From assembly GCA_903884435.1 (NCBI GenBank), contig CAISEY010000302.1, forward strand, positions 27,873 to 91,872: DNA of 64,000 nt. The letters run 5' to 3'. The notes beneath the pieces are model-generated. The model was not told the DNA's origin. It was given only the letters and a program-made list of their open reading frames with translations, and searched no databases. Below are positions 49,341 through 59,235 of this stretch, one piece after another. This DNA comes from an uncultured Hyphomicrobiales bacterium. GTDB lineage: Bacteria; Pseudomonadota; Alphaproteobacteria; Rhizobiales; Beijerinckiaceae. A program made the translations under genes and the position numbers. How positions within the stretch are numbered: position 1 is the stretch's first letter; each line of letters opens with the position of its first letter.

Positions 49341-51002
49341 TCACCTGAATTTCGGCGCCTCGGGGCTCGTCTTGCCCTTCATGCGCAGCACCGTCCAGGG
49401 GCTCGGCATTTCGTTGGGCACGGGAACCTCGATCAGCGCCGGCGCGCCGGACGCGAGCGCCTTGCGGATCGCCGCCTCGAGTTCCGCCGCGTTCGCGGCG
49501 CGTTCGGCGTGCACGCCAAACGCCTTGCCCAGAGCCACGAAATCCGGATTGCCCAGCTCCGTCCGGAACGCCACGCCAAACTGCTCCGTCAGCATGTTGC
49601 GCACGTTGCCGAAGTGCCCGTCGGCGAATACCACGGTGACAAGCGGCAGATTGTATTTCGCCGCGGTCGAGAGCTCCTGCATGCACCAGCCAAAGCCGCC
49701 GTCGCCCGTGATGCAGACGACGGGACGTTCGGGATTGCCGGCGGCGACGCCCAGCGCGGTCGGGAAACCATAACCGAGCGTGCCCTGATGGCCTGGCGTG
49801 ATGTGCGTGCCGGGCGCGTAGGTCGGGAACGCGACGCGCGCGTAATAGCCGACCTGCGTCAGTTCGTTGACGAAGACGCCGTTGTCCGGCAGGGCCGCGC
49901 GGATGGCGCGCACGAAACCCGCCTGCGGCTCGATGGCGTCGAGCTCGGCCCGCGCCAGAGCGCGCAGTTTCGCGACCTTCGCGCCGTCGAGTTCGCGCCG
50001 CCTGCCCTGCCGCGCCTCGATCTCGTCGGCGATGGCGTCGAGCGCGAGGCCCGCGTCCGCGACAACCGAAAGTCCGGGCGCGCGCGGCGCGCCGCCGGCG
50101 GCCTCCGGATCGGCGTTGATGTAAACGTATGACTGGCCCGGCATGCTCCAGGACGCCTCGGGCGCGCGCGTGTCGGCGAAACGCGTGCCGACGACGAGCG
50201 CCACGTCCGCCTGCGGCATCAGCACGCGCCCCTCGAGGGTCGAGAAGGCGAGCGGATGACGGTCCGACAAGACGCCTCGCGCGTTCTCGCTGATGATGAC
50301 CGGAACGCCCGTGCGTTCGGCGAGGCGCTGGAGGGCCTTCGAGCCGCCCGCGGCGAGCACGCCGCCGCCCGCGTAGATCACCGGAAACTCCGCCTTCTCG
50401 AACAGATCGGCGGCGGCGCGGATCGCCTCCGGGTCAGGCTTCGTGCGGCCGTCGAAGGCCTTCGGCGGATCGATCAGTTCGACCTCGCCGCTGGCCATGA
50501 GCACGTCCTGCGGAATCTCGACAGCCACGGGGCCGGGCCGCCCGGACGCCATCTCGTCGAAGGCGCGACGGATCAGGGCGGGAATTTCGGCGACCGACAG
50601 CGCGCAGCCATGCCACTTCGTGACGGAGTCGAACACCCCGGACTGGTTCTTGATCTCGTGCAGCAAGCCATGGCCCTTGCCGATCGCCCCGGAATGAATG
50701 TGGCCGGCGACGCACAGCACGCGCGAATTGCACGCGAACGCGGTCGACAGGCCCGCGAGCGCGTTGAGCACGCCGGGGCCCGGCACCACCATGCAGACGC
50801 CAGGCTTGCCGGTGGTGCGCGCGTAGCCATCGGCCATGTAGGAGGTCGATTGTTCGTTGCGCGTCGTCTTGAAATCGATTTTTTTCGAGCGGCGCAACGC
50901 GTCGATGGCGAAATCGAGCTGCACGCCGGGAATGCCGAAAATTTGCGTCACGCCCTCGCGTTCGAGTTGCTGGATCAGGGCTTCGCCGCCGGTGAGTTTC
51001 AT
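49341..51002 (-). CDS. Thiamine diphosphate-dependent enzyme (acetolactate synthase-like / 2-oxoacid decarboxylase)
   Basis: MKLTGGEAL, FGIPG, RNEQ..YMADGYAR, PGPGVLN, GTLGYGFP, GDGGF, NPDF. Confidence 0.88.
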   Translation of the reverse strand: MKLTGGEALIQQLEREGVTQIFGIPGVQLDFAIDALRRSKKIDFKTTRNEQSTSYMADGYARTTGKPGVCMVVPGPGVLNALAGLSTAFACNSRVLCVAGHIHSGAIGKGHGLLHEIKNQSGVFDSVTKWHGCALSVAEIPALIRRAFDEMASGRPGPVAVEIPQDVLMASGEVELIDPPKAFDGRTKPDPEAIRAAADLFEKAEFPVIYAGGGVLAAGGSKALQRLAERTGVPVIISENARGVLSDRHPLAFSTLEGRVLMPQADVALVVGTRFADTRAPEASWSMPGQSYVYINADPEAAGGAPRAPGLSVVADAGLALDAIADEIEARQGRRRELDGAKVAKLRALARAELDAIEPQAGFVRAIRAALPDNGVFVNELTQVGYYARVAFPTYAPGTHITPGHQGTLGYGFPTALGVAAGNPERPVVCITGDGGFGWCMQELSTAAKYNLPLVTVVFADGHFGNVRNMLTEQFGVAFRTELGNPDFVALGKAFGVHAERAANAAELEAAIRKALASGAPALIEVPVPNEMPSPWTVLRMKGKTSPEAPKFR

Positions 51003-51030
51003 GTGGTGTATTTCCTTTTTGATCGAAAGG

Positions 51031-52050
51031 TCAGGGGGCGGTGAGAGTCGCGAGCCGTTGCGCCAGCGCATGCGGAGTCCCGGCCACCATGTCGACGATT
51101 TTCTTCACCGAGGCGGCGTCGGAAAGGCCGATTTGCAGCATCGACTTCTCCGCGTCGGCGAGAAATTCCGGATCGGCGCCGAGCGCCATGAAGGCCGCCC
51201 GCAACGCCGCGAGGCGGTCCGCCGGCACGCCCGGCGGCGCGATCATCGGCCGCGCCACGGCGTCCTGCGCGAAGTAAAGCTGCATCAGGCGCTTGTCGTC
51301 GTCGTCGCGGGCGTGGTCCAGCGCGAAGGGCGCGTCCGGAAGATCGGGATTGCGGTCGAGGCCGTAGGACAGCGTCACGTGAATGAGACCGCGGCGAATC
51401 CAGTCGCCCTTGCGCAGCTTCACGCCCGACCAGGAATCGTAGGCGATGCCCTGCGTCTCGCCGCGCTCCATCGCCAGATCGAGATCGCCCGAGCCCTTGT
51501 AGCCGCCGACGATCCGATATTTCGTGCCGAGCAGCGCATTGAAGAGCCGCGCCGAGGTTTCATGAACGCTGGCTGGCCCGGTGCCGCCCACGATGAGTTC
51601 GCTCCTGCGCAACTCGTCGAAAGTCTTCGCCTTCGCGTCGTGCCAGGCGATGGCGACGGGCATTTCGGGAATGAGATTGCCGAGCCAGTTCATTTTCGCG
51701 ATGTCGAATCGCACGCCGGAAGGGTTCGTGATGTGCGCGATGATCGCGTTGCGGCGGATGAGTCCGATGGTCGCGCCATCGCGCGGCGCGATATTGTAGA
51801 CGTGGTTCGCGCCTTGCAGGCCGCCGGCGCCCGGCATGGTCTGGGCGACGATTCTTGGATTGCCGGGAATGTGCTTGCCGAGATGGCGCGAAACGAGGCG
51901 GCCATAGAGATCGTACCCGCCCTCGCCCGAGGCGATGACGAGGTTGATGACCTTTCCCGCGAAGAAATCCGACACCGCGTCGGCGCGCGCGACGGACGGC
52001 GCGAAGCCAAGCGCGGTCCAGCAAAGAGCGAAACGGAAAAGCCGCGACAT
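51031..52050 (-). CDS. Tripartite tricarboxylate transporter (Bug/TctC-like) substrate-binding protein
   Basis: Signal peptide; GGYDLYGRL, HIPGNP, MPGAGG, APRDG, LAMERGE, APPGVP. Confidence 0.85.
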   Translation of the reverse strand: MSRLFRFALCWTALGFAPSVARADAVSDFFAGKVINLVIASGEGGYDLYGRLVSRHLGKHIPGNPRIVAQTMPGAGGLQGANHVYNIAPRDGATIGLIRRNAIIAHITNPSGVRFDIAKMNWLGNLIPEMPVAIAWHDAKAKTFDELRRSELIVGGTGPASVHETSARLFNALLGTKYRIVGGYKGSGDLDLAMERGETQGIAYDSWSGVKLRKGDWIRRGLIHVTLSYGLDRNPDLPDAPFALDHARDDDDKRLMQLYFAQDAVARPMIAPPGVPADRLAALRAAFMALGADPEFLADAEKSMLQIGLSDAASVKKIVDMVAGTPHALAQRLATLTAP

Positions 52051-52170
52051 TTTCACTCTCCCTCCCTCCGCTCGCGCCCGCGCGCTTTCGCGTCTAAACT
52101 CGCGCATCATACGCCGCTCCTGTCAAAAGGAAAAACGGCGTGATAGAGGATCGCGGGAACGGGACGGGAA

Positions 52171-52198
52171 CGCGCGGGCGATGCGGATCGCCCGCGCG
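52171..52198. promoter_or_regulatory. Perfect 12-bp hairpin in the divergent intergenic region upstream of the dioxygenase
   Basis: CGCGCGGGCGAT-gcgg-ATCGCCCGCGCG. Confidence 0.4.
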
Positions 52199-52234
52199 CG
52201 TCGTTCGCGAAGCCGCCTGATTGGAGAAGCGCAC

Positions 52235-53203
52235 ATGGCCAATGTCTCGCCGGAAGATTTCAACCGCGCTGGAAACATGGAGGAATTGCTGAGCTTGCTC
52301 GGCGAGGCCGGCATCGAGAACGGATGGGCCAAGCGCGAACCTTCGATGTATTCCGTGCCAAAGCAGAATTTCATCGGGGCGCACTGGAGCTACGCGCAGG
52401 CGCGCGCCGCGCTCGACGCGGCGGGCCGCTTCGTCAACACGGAGCTGGCCGAGCGTCGCAATCTCATTCTCAACAATCCCGTGCCGGGCAATTATTATCC
52501 GACCGTGACGACTCTCGTCACCGCCTACCAGATGGTCAAGGCGGGCGAGACCGCGCGCTCCCATCGCCACACGGCCAACGCCATGCGCCTCGTGATGGAG
52601 GGCGGCCCCGGCATGTACACGATCGTCGATGGCAAGAAAATTCCGATGATCCCCAACGACGTGTTGCTGACGCCGAACTGGTGCTGGCACGCCCACAGCA
52701 ACGAAACGAAGAACAACGCCTACTGGATCGACTTTCTCGACGTGCCGCTGACCCACCTCGTCGGACCGATGTTCTTCGACCACCACGAAGACATGATCGA
52801 GAAGACGGACATCGTCGACGAGAATTCCCCGGCGCGCTTTCCCTTCCAACAGACCGTGGCGCGCCTCGCCGCGGCGGAGGAATTCACGCCGGGCTGCCGG
52901 CGAATCGAACTCGGCAATCCCGCCATGGCGACCATCGCCATCCACGTCACCCGCCTCGACCCCGGAGCCTCGTTCAGCGAGGAGCCCTCGACCCTGTCGC
53001 GCGTGTTCGCGGTGATGCAGGGCGAGGCCGACGCCGTCGTCGACGGGCGCGCCTTCTCGACGAAGCGCGGCGACATCGTCGCGGCGCCGAGCACGAAGGC
53101 CGCGAAATGGACGGCGAAAAACGAAGTCTATCTGCTGCGCGTCTCCGACGAGCCGCTGCTGAAATATCTCAACTGGCTGCGCCCGATCGCCGCGCGCGCC
53201 TGA
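52235..53203 (+). CDS. Gentisate 1,2-dioxygenase-like bicupin ring-cleavage dioxygenase
   Basis: AERRNLIL.NP, AYQMV..GE.ARSHRHT, LTPNWCWHAH, WIDFLDVPL, SDEPL. Confidence 0.85.
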   Translation: MANVSPEDFNRAGNMEELLSLLGEAGIENGWAKREPSMYSVPKQNFIGAHWSYAQARAALDAAGRFVNTELAERRNLILNNPVPGNYYPTVTTLVTAYQMVKAGETARSHRHTANAMRLVMEGGPGMYTIVDGKKIPMIPNDVLLTPNWCWHAHSNETKNNAYWIDFLDVPLTHLVGPMFFDHHEDMIEKTDIVDENSPARFPFQQTVARLAAAEEFTPGCRRIELGNPAMATIAIHVTRLDPGASFSEEPSTLSRVFAVMQGEADAVVDGRAFSTKRGDIVAAPSTKAAKWTAKNEVYLLRVSDEPLLKYLNWLRPIAARA

Positions 53204-53226
53204 CAACGAAGAGGGAGAGAGAAAAC

Positions 53227-53967
53227 ATGGCCGACATCGACGAACTCATCAACGAACTCGTGCTCGCCAATCGCATCCTGGCCGCGAATGGCGTCGTCGA
53301 CGCGTTCGGCCACGTCAGCGTGCGAAACCCGAACAATCCGAATCGCTATTTTCTTTCGAAGTCGCGCTCGCCCGAACTCGTCGATCGCGAGGACATTCTG
53401 GAGTTCGACCTCGAGAGCCGCATCGCCGACGGACGCAAGGAGCCCGCCTATCACGAGCGCTTCATTCACGGCGGCGTTTACGAGGCCAATCCCGAAATCA
53501 ACGCCGTCGTGCACAGCCACGCGCTCGACGTGCTGCCCTTCACCCTGACGGACGTGCCCCTGCGCGCCTGCATCCACACGGCGAGCCAGATCGGCGAGGA
53601 AGTGCCGGTGTGGGACATTCGCGACAAGTTCGGCGACACCGGCCTGCTCGTCTCCAACGTCGATCAGGGCCGCGACCTCGCCAGGACCATGGGCAAGAAC
53701 TACGCGGCGCTGATGCGCGGCCACGGCTTCACGGCGGCGGGCCGCAACCTCGGCGAAGTGCTGAAAATCTCGATCTATCTGCCGCAGAACGCGAAGGTTC
53801 AGAAGGAAGCGATGATGCTCGGCGGCGGCAAGGTGAAATTCCTGTCGGCGGGCGAGATCGCCGTGCGCGATTCCTACGGTCCCGGCGGTCGCGATCTCTT
53901 CCGCGCCATGGCCTACTGGGCCAAGCAGGCCGGTTGCGAACACATGCTGGACTACAAGAAGAAGTAG
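53227..53967 (+). CDS. Class II aldolase/adducin-family protein (possible heteroaromatic decarboxylase)
   Basis: ANRIL..GVVDAFGHVSVR, ERFIHG, VVHSH, LMRGHG. Confidence 0.85.
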   Translation: MADIDELINELVLANRILAANGVVDAFGHVSVRNPNNPNRYFLSKSRSPELVDREDILEFDLESRIADGRKEPAYHERFIHGGVYEANPEINAVVHSHALDVLPFTLTDVPLRACIHTASQIGEEVPVWDIRDKFGDTGLLVSNVDQGRDLARTMGKNYAALMRGHGFTAAGRNLGEVLKISIYLPQNAKVQKEAMMLGGGKVKFLSAGEIAVRDSYGPGGRDLFRAMAYWAKQAGCEHMLDYKKK

Positions 53968-53979
53968 GCCCGGCGACCA

Positions 53980-54014
53980 TCCCTTCTCCCGCCGCGCGGG
54001 AGAAGGGAGTTTTT
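53980..54014. terminator. 13-bp hairpin between convergent genes, with a T-tract on + (REP-derived intrinsic terminator)
   Basis: TCCCTTCTCCCGC-cgc-GCGGGAGAAGGGA-gttttt. Confidence 0.7.
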
Positions 54015-54017
54015 CGC

Positions 54018-55127
54018 CTAGGCCGCCTTCGATTTCGCGATCGCCGCGTTGACCCGCGGCATCACCTCGGTCGCCATCAGCTCCATCGAGCGCCTGGTGA
54101 GCTTCTCGTCGACCCAGTCCATGCCCGCGTAGACGAGCTCGCCGAAGTCGCCGATCTCCTCGCGCATGGCCAGAATCTCGTCGACGATCTTGTTGACGGT
54201 CCCGTACATCACGCAATTATCGAGAATGTACTCCGTCGTGATCTCCTCGTCTGGCTGGTCGCGGTGCTGCTTGAACACGCCGCCGCGCCCGCCCCGCTTC
54301 AACTTGAAGCCAAGCTGGTCGTAGTAGAAGCGGTAGGGGCTATTGGCGTCGTCGCGGCCATAGGCGCGCGCCACCTTGTCGTCGTCGGCGACGAAGATCG
54401 TGCGCGCCACGCGCCAGTCGCCGACGTCCGGCTCGACGCCCACCGAGCGCTTGCCCTCGGAATAATTCGCCCAGTGCGTCTTGCACCATTTCTTCAGCAG
54501 GAAGTTCGCCGACAGCGGATGGAAATCGCGCTTGCCCATGGCGATCACGCCCTTGGAGAATGGCGCGACGACGGTACCGACGATTTCGGGACGCGGCGAC
54601 TGGTAGGGTTTGCCCATGATGCCCAGACCCTTTTCGAGATACATGCTCGTGCGGGTCGTCACCTTCCAGGGATTGTCCGGCAGGTCGATGTCGTAGGGCG
54701 CCTCGCGCGCCCAGATTTCGAGGATCACGTTGATCGAATCCTCGAACATCTTGTTGCGGTCCCGGTCGAGGGTCAGCAAGGCTTCGGAATCCGAGCGGAT
54801 GCCGCCGGGGCTGATGCCGAGAATGAAACGCCCTTTCGCCATGTGGTCGAACATGGCGGCGTGACTGGCGACCAGCACGGGATGCGTCTGCGAGAGGTTG
54901 GTCGTGCCCGTGGCGAGCTTGATGTTTTTCGTCGCGTGAATGAGCGTCGCCAGAAACATCATGGAATTGGTGACGTTCTCGACGGAATCCGTGAGGTGTT
55001 CTCCGACGAAGGCGTCGTGAAAGCCGAGCTTGTCCGCGAGGATGATCGCCTGCCGGTCTTCTTCGAGCGTGTCCGTCCAGTTGCGATGCGTCGGGTGCAT
55101 CGGCATCGTGAAATAACCAAGTCTCAT
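54018..55127 (-). CDS. Luciferase-like (LLM) flavin-dependent monooxygenase
   Basis: MRLGYFTMPMHP, ADKLGF..AFVGEH, HPVLVA..AAMFDH..KGRF, KPYQSPRP. Confidence 0.88.
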   Translation of the reverse strand: MRLGYFTMPMHPTHRNWTDTLEEDRQAIILADKLGFHDAFVGEHLTDSVENVTNSMMFLATLIHATKNIKLATGTTNLSQTHPVLVASHAAMFDHMAKGRFILGISPGGIRSDSEALLTLDRDRNKMFEDSINVILEIWAREAPYDIDLPDNPWKVTTRTSMYLEKGLGIMGKPYQSPRPEIVGTVVAPFSKGVIAMGKRDFHPLSANFLLKKWCKTHWANYSEGKRSVGVEPDVGDWRVARTIFVADDDKVARAYGRDDANSPYRFYYDQLGFKLKRGGRGGVFKQHRDQPDEEITTEYILDNCVMYGTVNKIVDEILAMREEIGDFGELVYAGMDWVDEKLTRRSMELMATEVMPRVNAAIAKSKAA

Positions 55128-55226
55128 GCGATCCTCCTCGCGCCGGATTGCCCACCGGTCGCGCGCTGGAAAGGGAAACTGAAGCAGGCCGGATGGCCTG
55201 TCAACAAAACGGAAGGGCGCGAGGCC

Positions 55227-56054
55227 TCACAGATCGTCCATGCCAAGCTTGCCATAGAAGGCCTGAGCCTCCTTGCCGCCGGGCTGCGCGGCGAGCCACG
55301 CGTCCGGCGAACCCGTCTCCTTCAGCGCGGCGAGCATGGCCTTTTGCGCGACGAGCGCCGCCTGCGTCATCGCCGCCGGCAACACGCCAAGCCGCGCGCC
55401 GCGCCGTCCATATTCCGCGGCGCCGAGCCCGCCCGCGAGCACGCCCATTCCGGGTCGCTTCAATCGGTCGCACAGGGTTTTCATCTCGGTTTCGTCCGTC
55501 GTCGAGAACCAGAACATGTCGGCGCCCGCCTCGACAGCCTCCTGCAACCGGTCGCATTTTTCGCCGAAATGTCCCTTGAGTTCGCTGCGCGCGATGATCG
55601 CCATCGAGGCGTCGCGCCGCGCGTCGAGCGCGCATTTGATCTTGTCGATGAATTCGGCGCGCGTCACCGTCGGCGAGTCGAACCCGAGCAACGCCGGCCG
55701 CTTCGGCACGGTGGAGTCCTCGATGTGGATGGCGGCGACGCCCGCGCGCTCGTAGTCGCGCACCATGCGCTTGACGTTGATGCCAAAGCCAAAGCCGGTT
55801 TCCCCGTCGGCGATCGCGGGAATTGCGAGCGCGCTGGCGATCCGCGTCGCGGTCTCGACCATTTCCGTCATGGTGAGCACGTTGACGTCGGGATAGCCCG
55901 CGAGCTTGTGTTGCAGGCTGCCGGACATGTAGACGGCGGCGAATCCCTGACTCTCGATGAAACGCGCTGTGAGCACGTCGGCGGCGCCGGGCGCGATCGC
56001 GATGTCGCCGCCCGAGACCAGTTTACGCAGCGCTTCCCGTTTTTTCGTTGGCAT
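55227..56054 (-). CDS. Isocitrate lyase/PEP mutase superfamily protein
   Basis: APGAAD, GFAAVYMSG, GYPD, ADGETGFG, IHIED..PKR, IIARSE, EAGAD. Confidence 0.85.
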   Translation of the reverse strand: MPTKKREALRKLVSGGDIAIAPGAADVLTARFIESQGFAAVYMSGSLQHKLAGYPDVNVLTMTEMVETATRIASALAIPAIADGETGFGFGINVKRMVRDYERAGVAAIHIEDSTVPKRPALLGFDSPTVTRAEFIDKIKCALDARRDASMAIIARSELKGHFGEKCDRLQEAVEAGADMFWFSTTDETEMKTLCDRLKRPGMGVLAGGLGAAEYGRRGARLGVLPAAMTQAALVAQKAMLAALKETGSPDAWLAAQPGGKEAQAFYGKLGMDDL

Positions 56055-56181
56055 TCGATGTTCCTCCGCCGCGCATTGTGCATCGGAGCGGTTCCCACGC
56101 AAGCGTCGCGCGGGACTCCGGGACGGGATTGCTGGCGTCCGCGACACGAATCAAGACGGCTTCACTGGCGAACGCGCCGCC

Positions 56182-56490
56182 TCAGGCCTCGCCCTGTTCC
56201 TTCGCCTCGGGTTCGTCTTCCCAGCGATAAAGAACGCCCCATTCCTTTTTCCAGACGCCGTCGCGATCGACCACGACGATCGGCGCCTTGAGATCGTTGG
56301 CGAGCTTGATGCCCGTCGCCAGCGCGTCGAAGGGCGGCAGGTCGCCGCTGTTGAAATCCTTCGGCAGCCGGCCCTGCACGGCTGAAGCCGGGCAATGCAC
56401 CTTCGCCCATTGCCCGTCGCCACGCTGTTCGAACACGAGATTGATCGCGTCCGGTTGCAATTCATCGACTTGTTCGAAACGGTTGGCCAT
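56182..56490 (-). CDS. Hypothetical protein (102 aa)
   Basis: AGAAAGG RBS before ATG; protein-like composition; fills the gap between tssH and the ICL-family gene. Confidence 0.65.
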   Translation of the reverse strand: MANRFEQVDELQPDAINLVFEQRGDGQWAKVHCPASAVQGRLPKDFNSGDLPPFDALATGIKLANDLKAPIVVVDRDGVWKKEWGVLYRWEDEPEAKEQGEA

Positions 56491-56532
56491 GTTGTCCTGC
56501 CTTTCTGTGGGGACGGGAGACGCGCCGCCGCG

Positions 56533-59226
56533 TCAGGCCGCGGGCGCCGCCGCTTGCGCTTCCGCCATGATCGTGTCCGGCGCGCCCTCCGAGACCCATT
56601 CGTAGGCGAACTGGCCATCGCGCATTGTCACCCGCGCCCCGGTCAGCACTTCCTTCGCCAGCGAGCGCTTGAGGAACTCGCGCGAAAGCGCCGGCAACAG
56701 CGTGTTGGTGACGATGTTGTCGATCACGCGACCGCCCGAATCCGGATCGTTGCAGAGCGAGATGATGTGATCCACCACCGCGTCCTCGTAGCTGAACTTC
56801 GCGTTGTGATTGTCCTCGATGCGCTTGCCAATGCGGTTGAGTTGCAGACGCACGATTCCCCCCAGCATCTCCGGCGAAAGCGGATAGTAGGGGATGGTCA
56901 CGATGCGGCCGAGCAGCGCCGGCGGGAACACCTTCAGCAATTCCGGCTTCATCGCGGCGGCGAGCGCCTCTGAATCGTTGGCGTAGGACGGGTCCTTCGA
57001 CAGCGTCATCAGCAGATCGGTGCCGACATTCGAGGTGAGAATGATCAGCGTGTTCTTGAAGTCGATACGGCGCCCGGTGCCGTCCTCCATCTGGCCCTTG
57101 TCGAAGACCTGGAAGAAGAGTTCGTGCACGTCCGGATGCGCCTTCTCGACCTCGTCGAGAAGCACGACGCTGTAGGGCTTGCGCCGCACGGCTTCGGTGA
57201 GGCGGCCGCCCTCGCCATAGCCGACGTATCCGGGAGGGGCTCCCTTCAGCGTCGAGACAGTGTGCGCCTCCTGGAACTCCGACATGTTGATGGTGATGAT
57301 GTTCTGTTCGCCGCCGTAAAGCGCCTCGGCGAGCGCGAGCGCCGTCTCCGTCTTGCCGACGCCGGAAGGGCCGCAGAGCATGAAGACGCCGATGGGCTTG
57401 TTCGGATTGTCGAGCTTCGCGCGATTCGTCTCGATGCGCTTGGCGATCATCGACAGACCATGCGACTGACCGACGACGCGTCGATTGAGAATCTCCGGCA
57501 GGCGCAGAATGTTCTCGATCTCGTCCTTCACCATGCCGCCGACGGGAATTCCCGTCCAGTCCGACACGACCGACGCGACCGCGGCCTCGTCGACATGGGC
57601 GTAGATCATCCGGTCCTCGGCGTTGATCGCCTCGAGAGCGTCGAACTTTTCCTTGAGTTGCGCGCGCGCGGCCTCGCCGTCGTCCTTGCCCTCGGCGAGA
57701 ATGTCGCGCAGCGAACGCACCTCGTCGACGAGCTTTTTCTCGTTCTCCCAGGCGGCTTGCAGGTTCGCGAGCTTCTCCTTCAGCGCCGTCACTTCCTCGT
57801 CGATCTCGGCGATCCGCGCGTCGCTGTGCGCGCCAAGGTCCCGATCGGAGATGAGCGCCGCTTTTTCCTTCTCGAGAGCCTCGATGCCAACCGTCGCGTC
57901 GGCGATCGCCGCCGGCGTCGTCGACTGGCTGATCGCGACGCGCGCGCAGGACGTGTCGAGCAGGCTCACCGCCTTGTCCGGCAATTGCCGGGCGGGGATG
58001 TAGCGATGCGAAAGGTTGACGGCGGAGACGATGGCCGCGTCGGAAATGCGAACCTTGTGGTGCTTTTCCATCGGCCCGATGATGCCGCGCAGCATGGTGC
58101 AGCATTTTTCCACGTCGGGCTCGCCGACCTGAATCGCCTGGAAACGGCGGGTCAGCGCGGGATCCTTCTCGAAATACTGGCGATATTCCGCCCACGTCGT
58201 CGCCGCGATCGTGCGCAGCGTGCCGCGGGCGAGCGCCGGCTTCAGCAGATTCGCCGCGTCGCCCGTTCCCGCCGCGCCGCCGGCGCCGATCAGCGTGTGC
58301 GCCTCGTCGATGAACAGGATCGTCGGCGTCGGCGAGTTCTGCACTTCGTCGATGACGGAGCGCAGGCGCTGCTCGAACTCGCCCTTCATGGAGGCGCCCG
58401 CCTGCATCAACCCCACGTCGAGCACGCAGAGACGCACGCCGCGCAGGGGCGGCGGCACGTCGCCCGAAACGATGCGTTGCGCGAAGCCCTCGACGACGGC
58501 GGTCTTGCCGACGCCGGCCTCGCCCGTGAGAATCGGATTGTTCTGGCGACGGCGCATCAGCACGTCGATGACCTGGCGGATTTCCTCGTCGCGGCCAAGA
58601 ACCGGATCCATCTCGCCGGCCTTCGCCTTCGCCGTGAGGTCCTGGGAGAAGCGGTCGAGCGCGGTGGTGCCCTTGGCTCCGGCGGCCGTCTCCGCGCCGG
58701 GCGTGCCGGCCGCGACGAGACCCGAACCGTCGATCGGCCGCATGTTCTCTTCTTCGGAGAGCTGCCAGATCTTCCGGTGCTCGTCGGACAGCACGTCGGG
58801 GTTGATCTTGTTGAACTCGGAACTGATCGCGAGAAGCTCGCGCCGCAGCTTCACGTCCTTCAGCGCGCCCACGAGAATGTGCCCGGTGCGAATCTGCGTC
58901 TCGCCGAAGAACAGCGTCGCGTAGTGCCAGCCGCGATCGAGCAGGTCGATCACGGTTTGCGAAATGCCCGGCATCGCCGTGACGTTCTTGCCGAAGCCCT
59001 CCATGACGCGAAGGATGTCAGTCGCGAGCTTGGTGTTTTCCAGCTTGAAGTGAGCGCAGGTCAGGGCGATGTCGCTCCGGTCCTTTTGCAGGATCTGCGC
59101 GAGCCAGTGAGCGAGTTCGATGTTTCGGTTGCCCGCGCCCTTCGCCTGGCGGTGCGCCAGGTTGAAGGCCTCGAATCCGAGACGGTTGAGTTTGCCGGTG
59201 ACGGCTTCGAGACTGATGTCGGCCAT
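56533..59226 (-). CDS. tssH: Type VI secretion ATPase ClpV
   Basis: N-terminal A...GNRNIELAHWL; Walker A motifs GEAGVGKT and GPSGVGKT; RRRQNNPIL; immediately downstream of tssF-tssG. Confidence 0.93.
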   Translation of the reverse strand: MADISLEAVTGKLNRLGFEAFNLAHRQAKGAGNRNIELAHWLAQILQKDRSDIALTCAHFKLENTKLATDILRVMEGFGKNVTAMPGISQTVIDLLDRGWHYATLFFGETQIRTGHILVGALKDVKLRRELLAISSEFNKINPDVLSDEHRKIWQLSEEENMRPIDGSGLVAAGTPGAETAAGAKGTTALDRFSQDLTAKAKAGEMDPVLGRDEEIRQVIDVLMRRRQNNPILTGEAGVGKTAVVEGFAQRIVSGDVPPPLRGVRLCVLDVGLMQAGASMKGEFEQRLRSVIDEVQNSPTPTILFIDEAHTLIGAGGAAGTGDAANLLKPALARGTLRTIAATTWAEYRQYFEKDPALTRRFQAIQVGEPDVEKCCTMLRGIIGPMEKHHKVRISDAAIVSAVNLSHRYIPARQLPDKAVSLLDTSCARVAISQSTTPAAIADATVGIEALEKEKAALISDRDLGAHSDARIAEIDEEVTALKEKLANLQAAWENEKKLVDEVRSLRDILAEGKDDGEAARAQLKEKFDALEAINAEDRMIYAHVDEAAVASVVSDWTGIPVGGMVKDEIENILRLPEILNRRVVGQSHGLSMIAKRIETNRAKLDNPNKPIGVFMLCGPSGVGKTETALALAEALYGGEQNIITINMSEFQEAHTVSTLKGAPPGYVGYGEGGRLTEAVRRKPYSVVLLDEVEKAHPDVHELFFQVFDKGQMEDGTGRRIDFKNTLIILTSNVGTDLLMTLSKDPSYANDSEALAAAMKPELLKVFPPALLGRIVTIPYYPLSPEMLGGIVRLQLNRIGKRIEDNHNAKFSYEDAVVDHIISLCNDPDSGGRVIDNIVTNTLLPALSREFLKRSLAKEVLTGARVTMRDGQFAYEWVSEGAPDTIMAEAQAAAPAA

Positions 59227-59235
59227 TGTTTTTCC

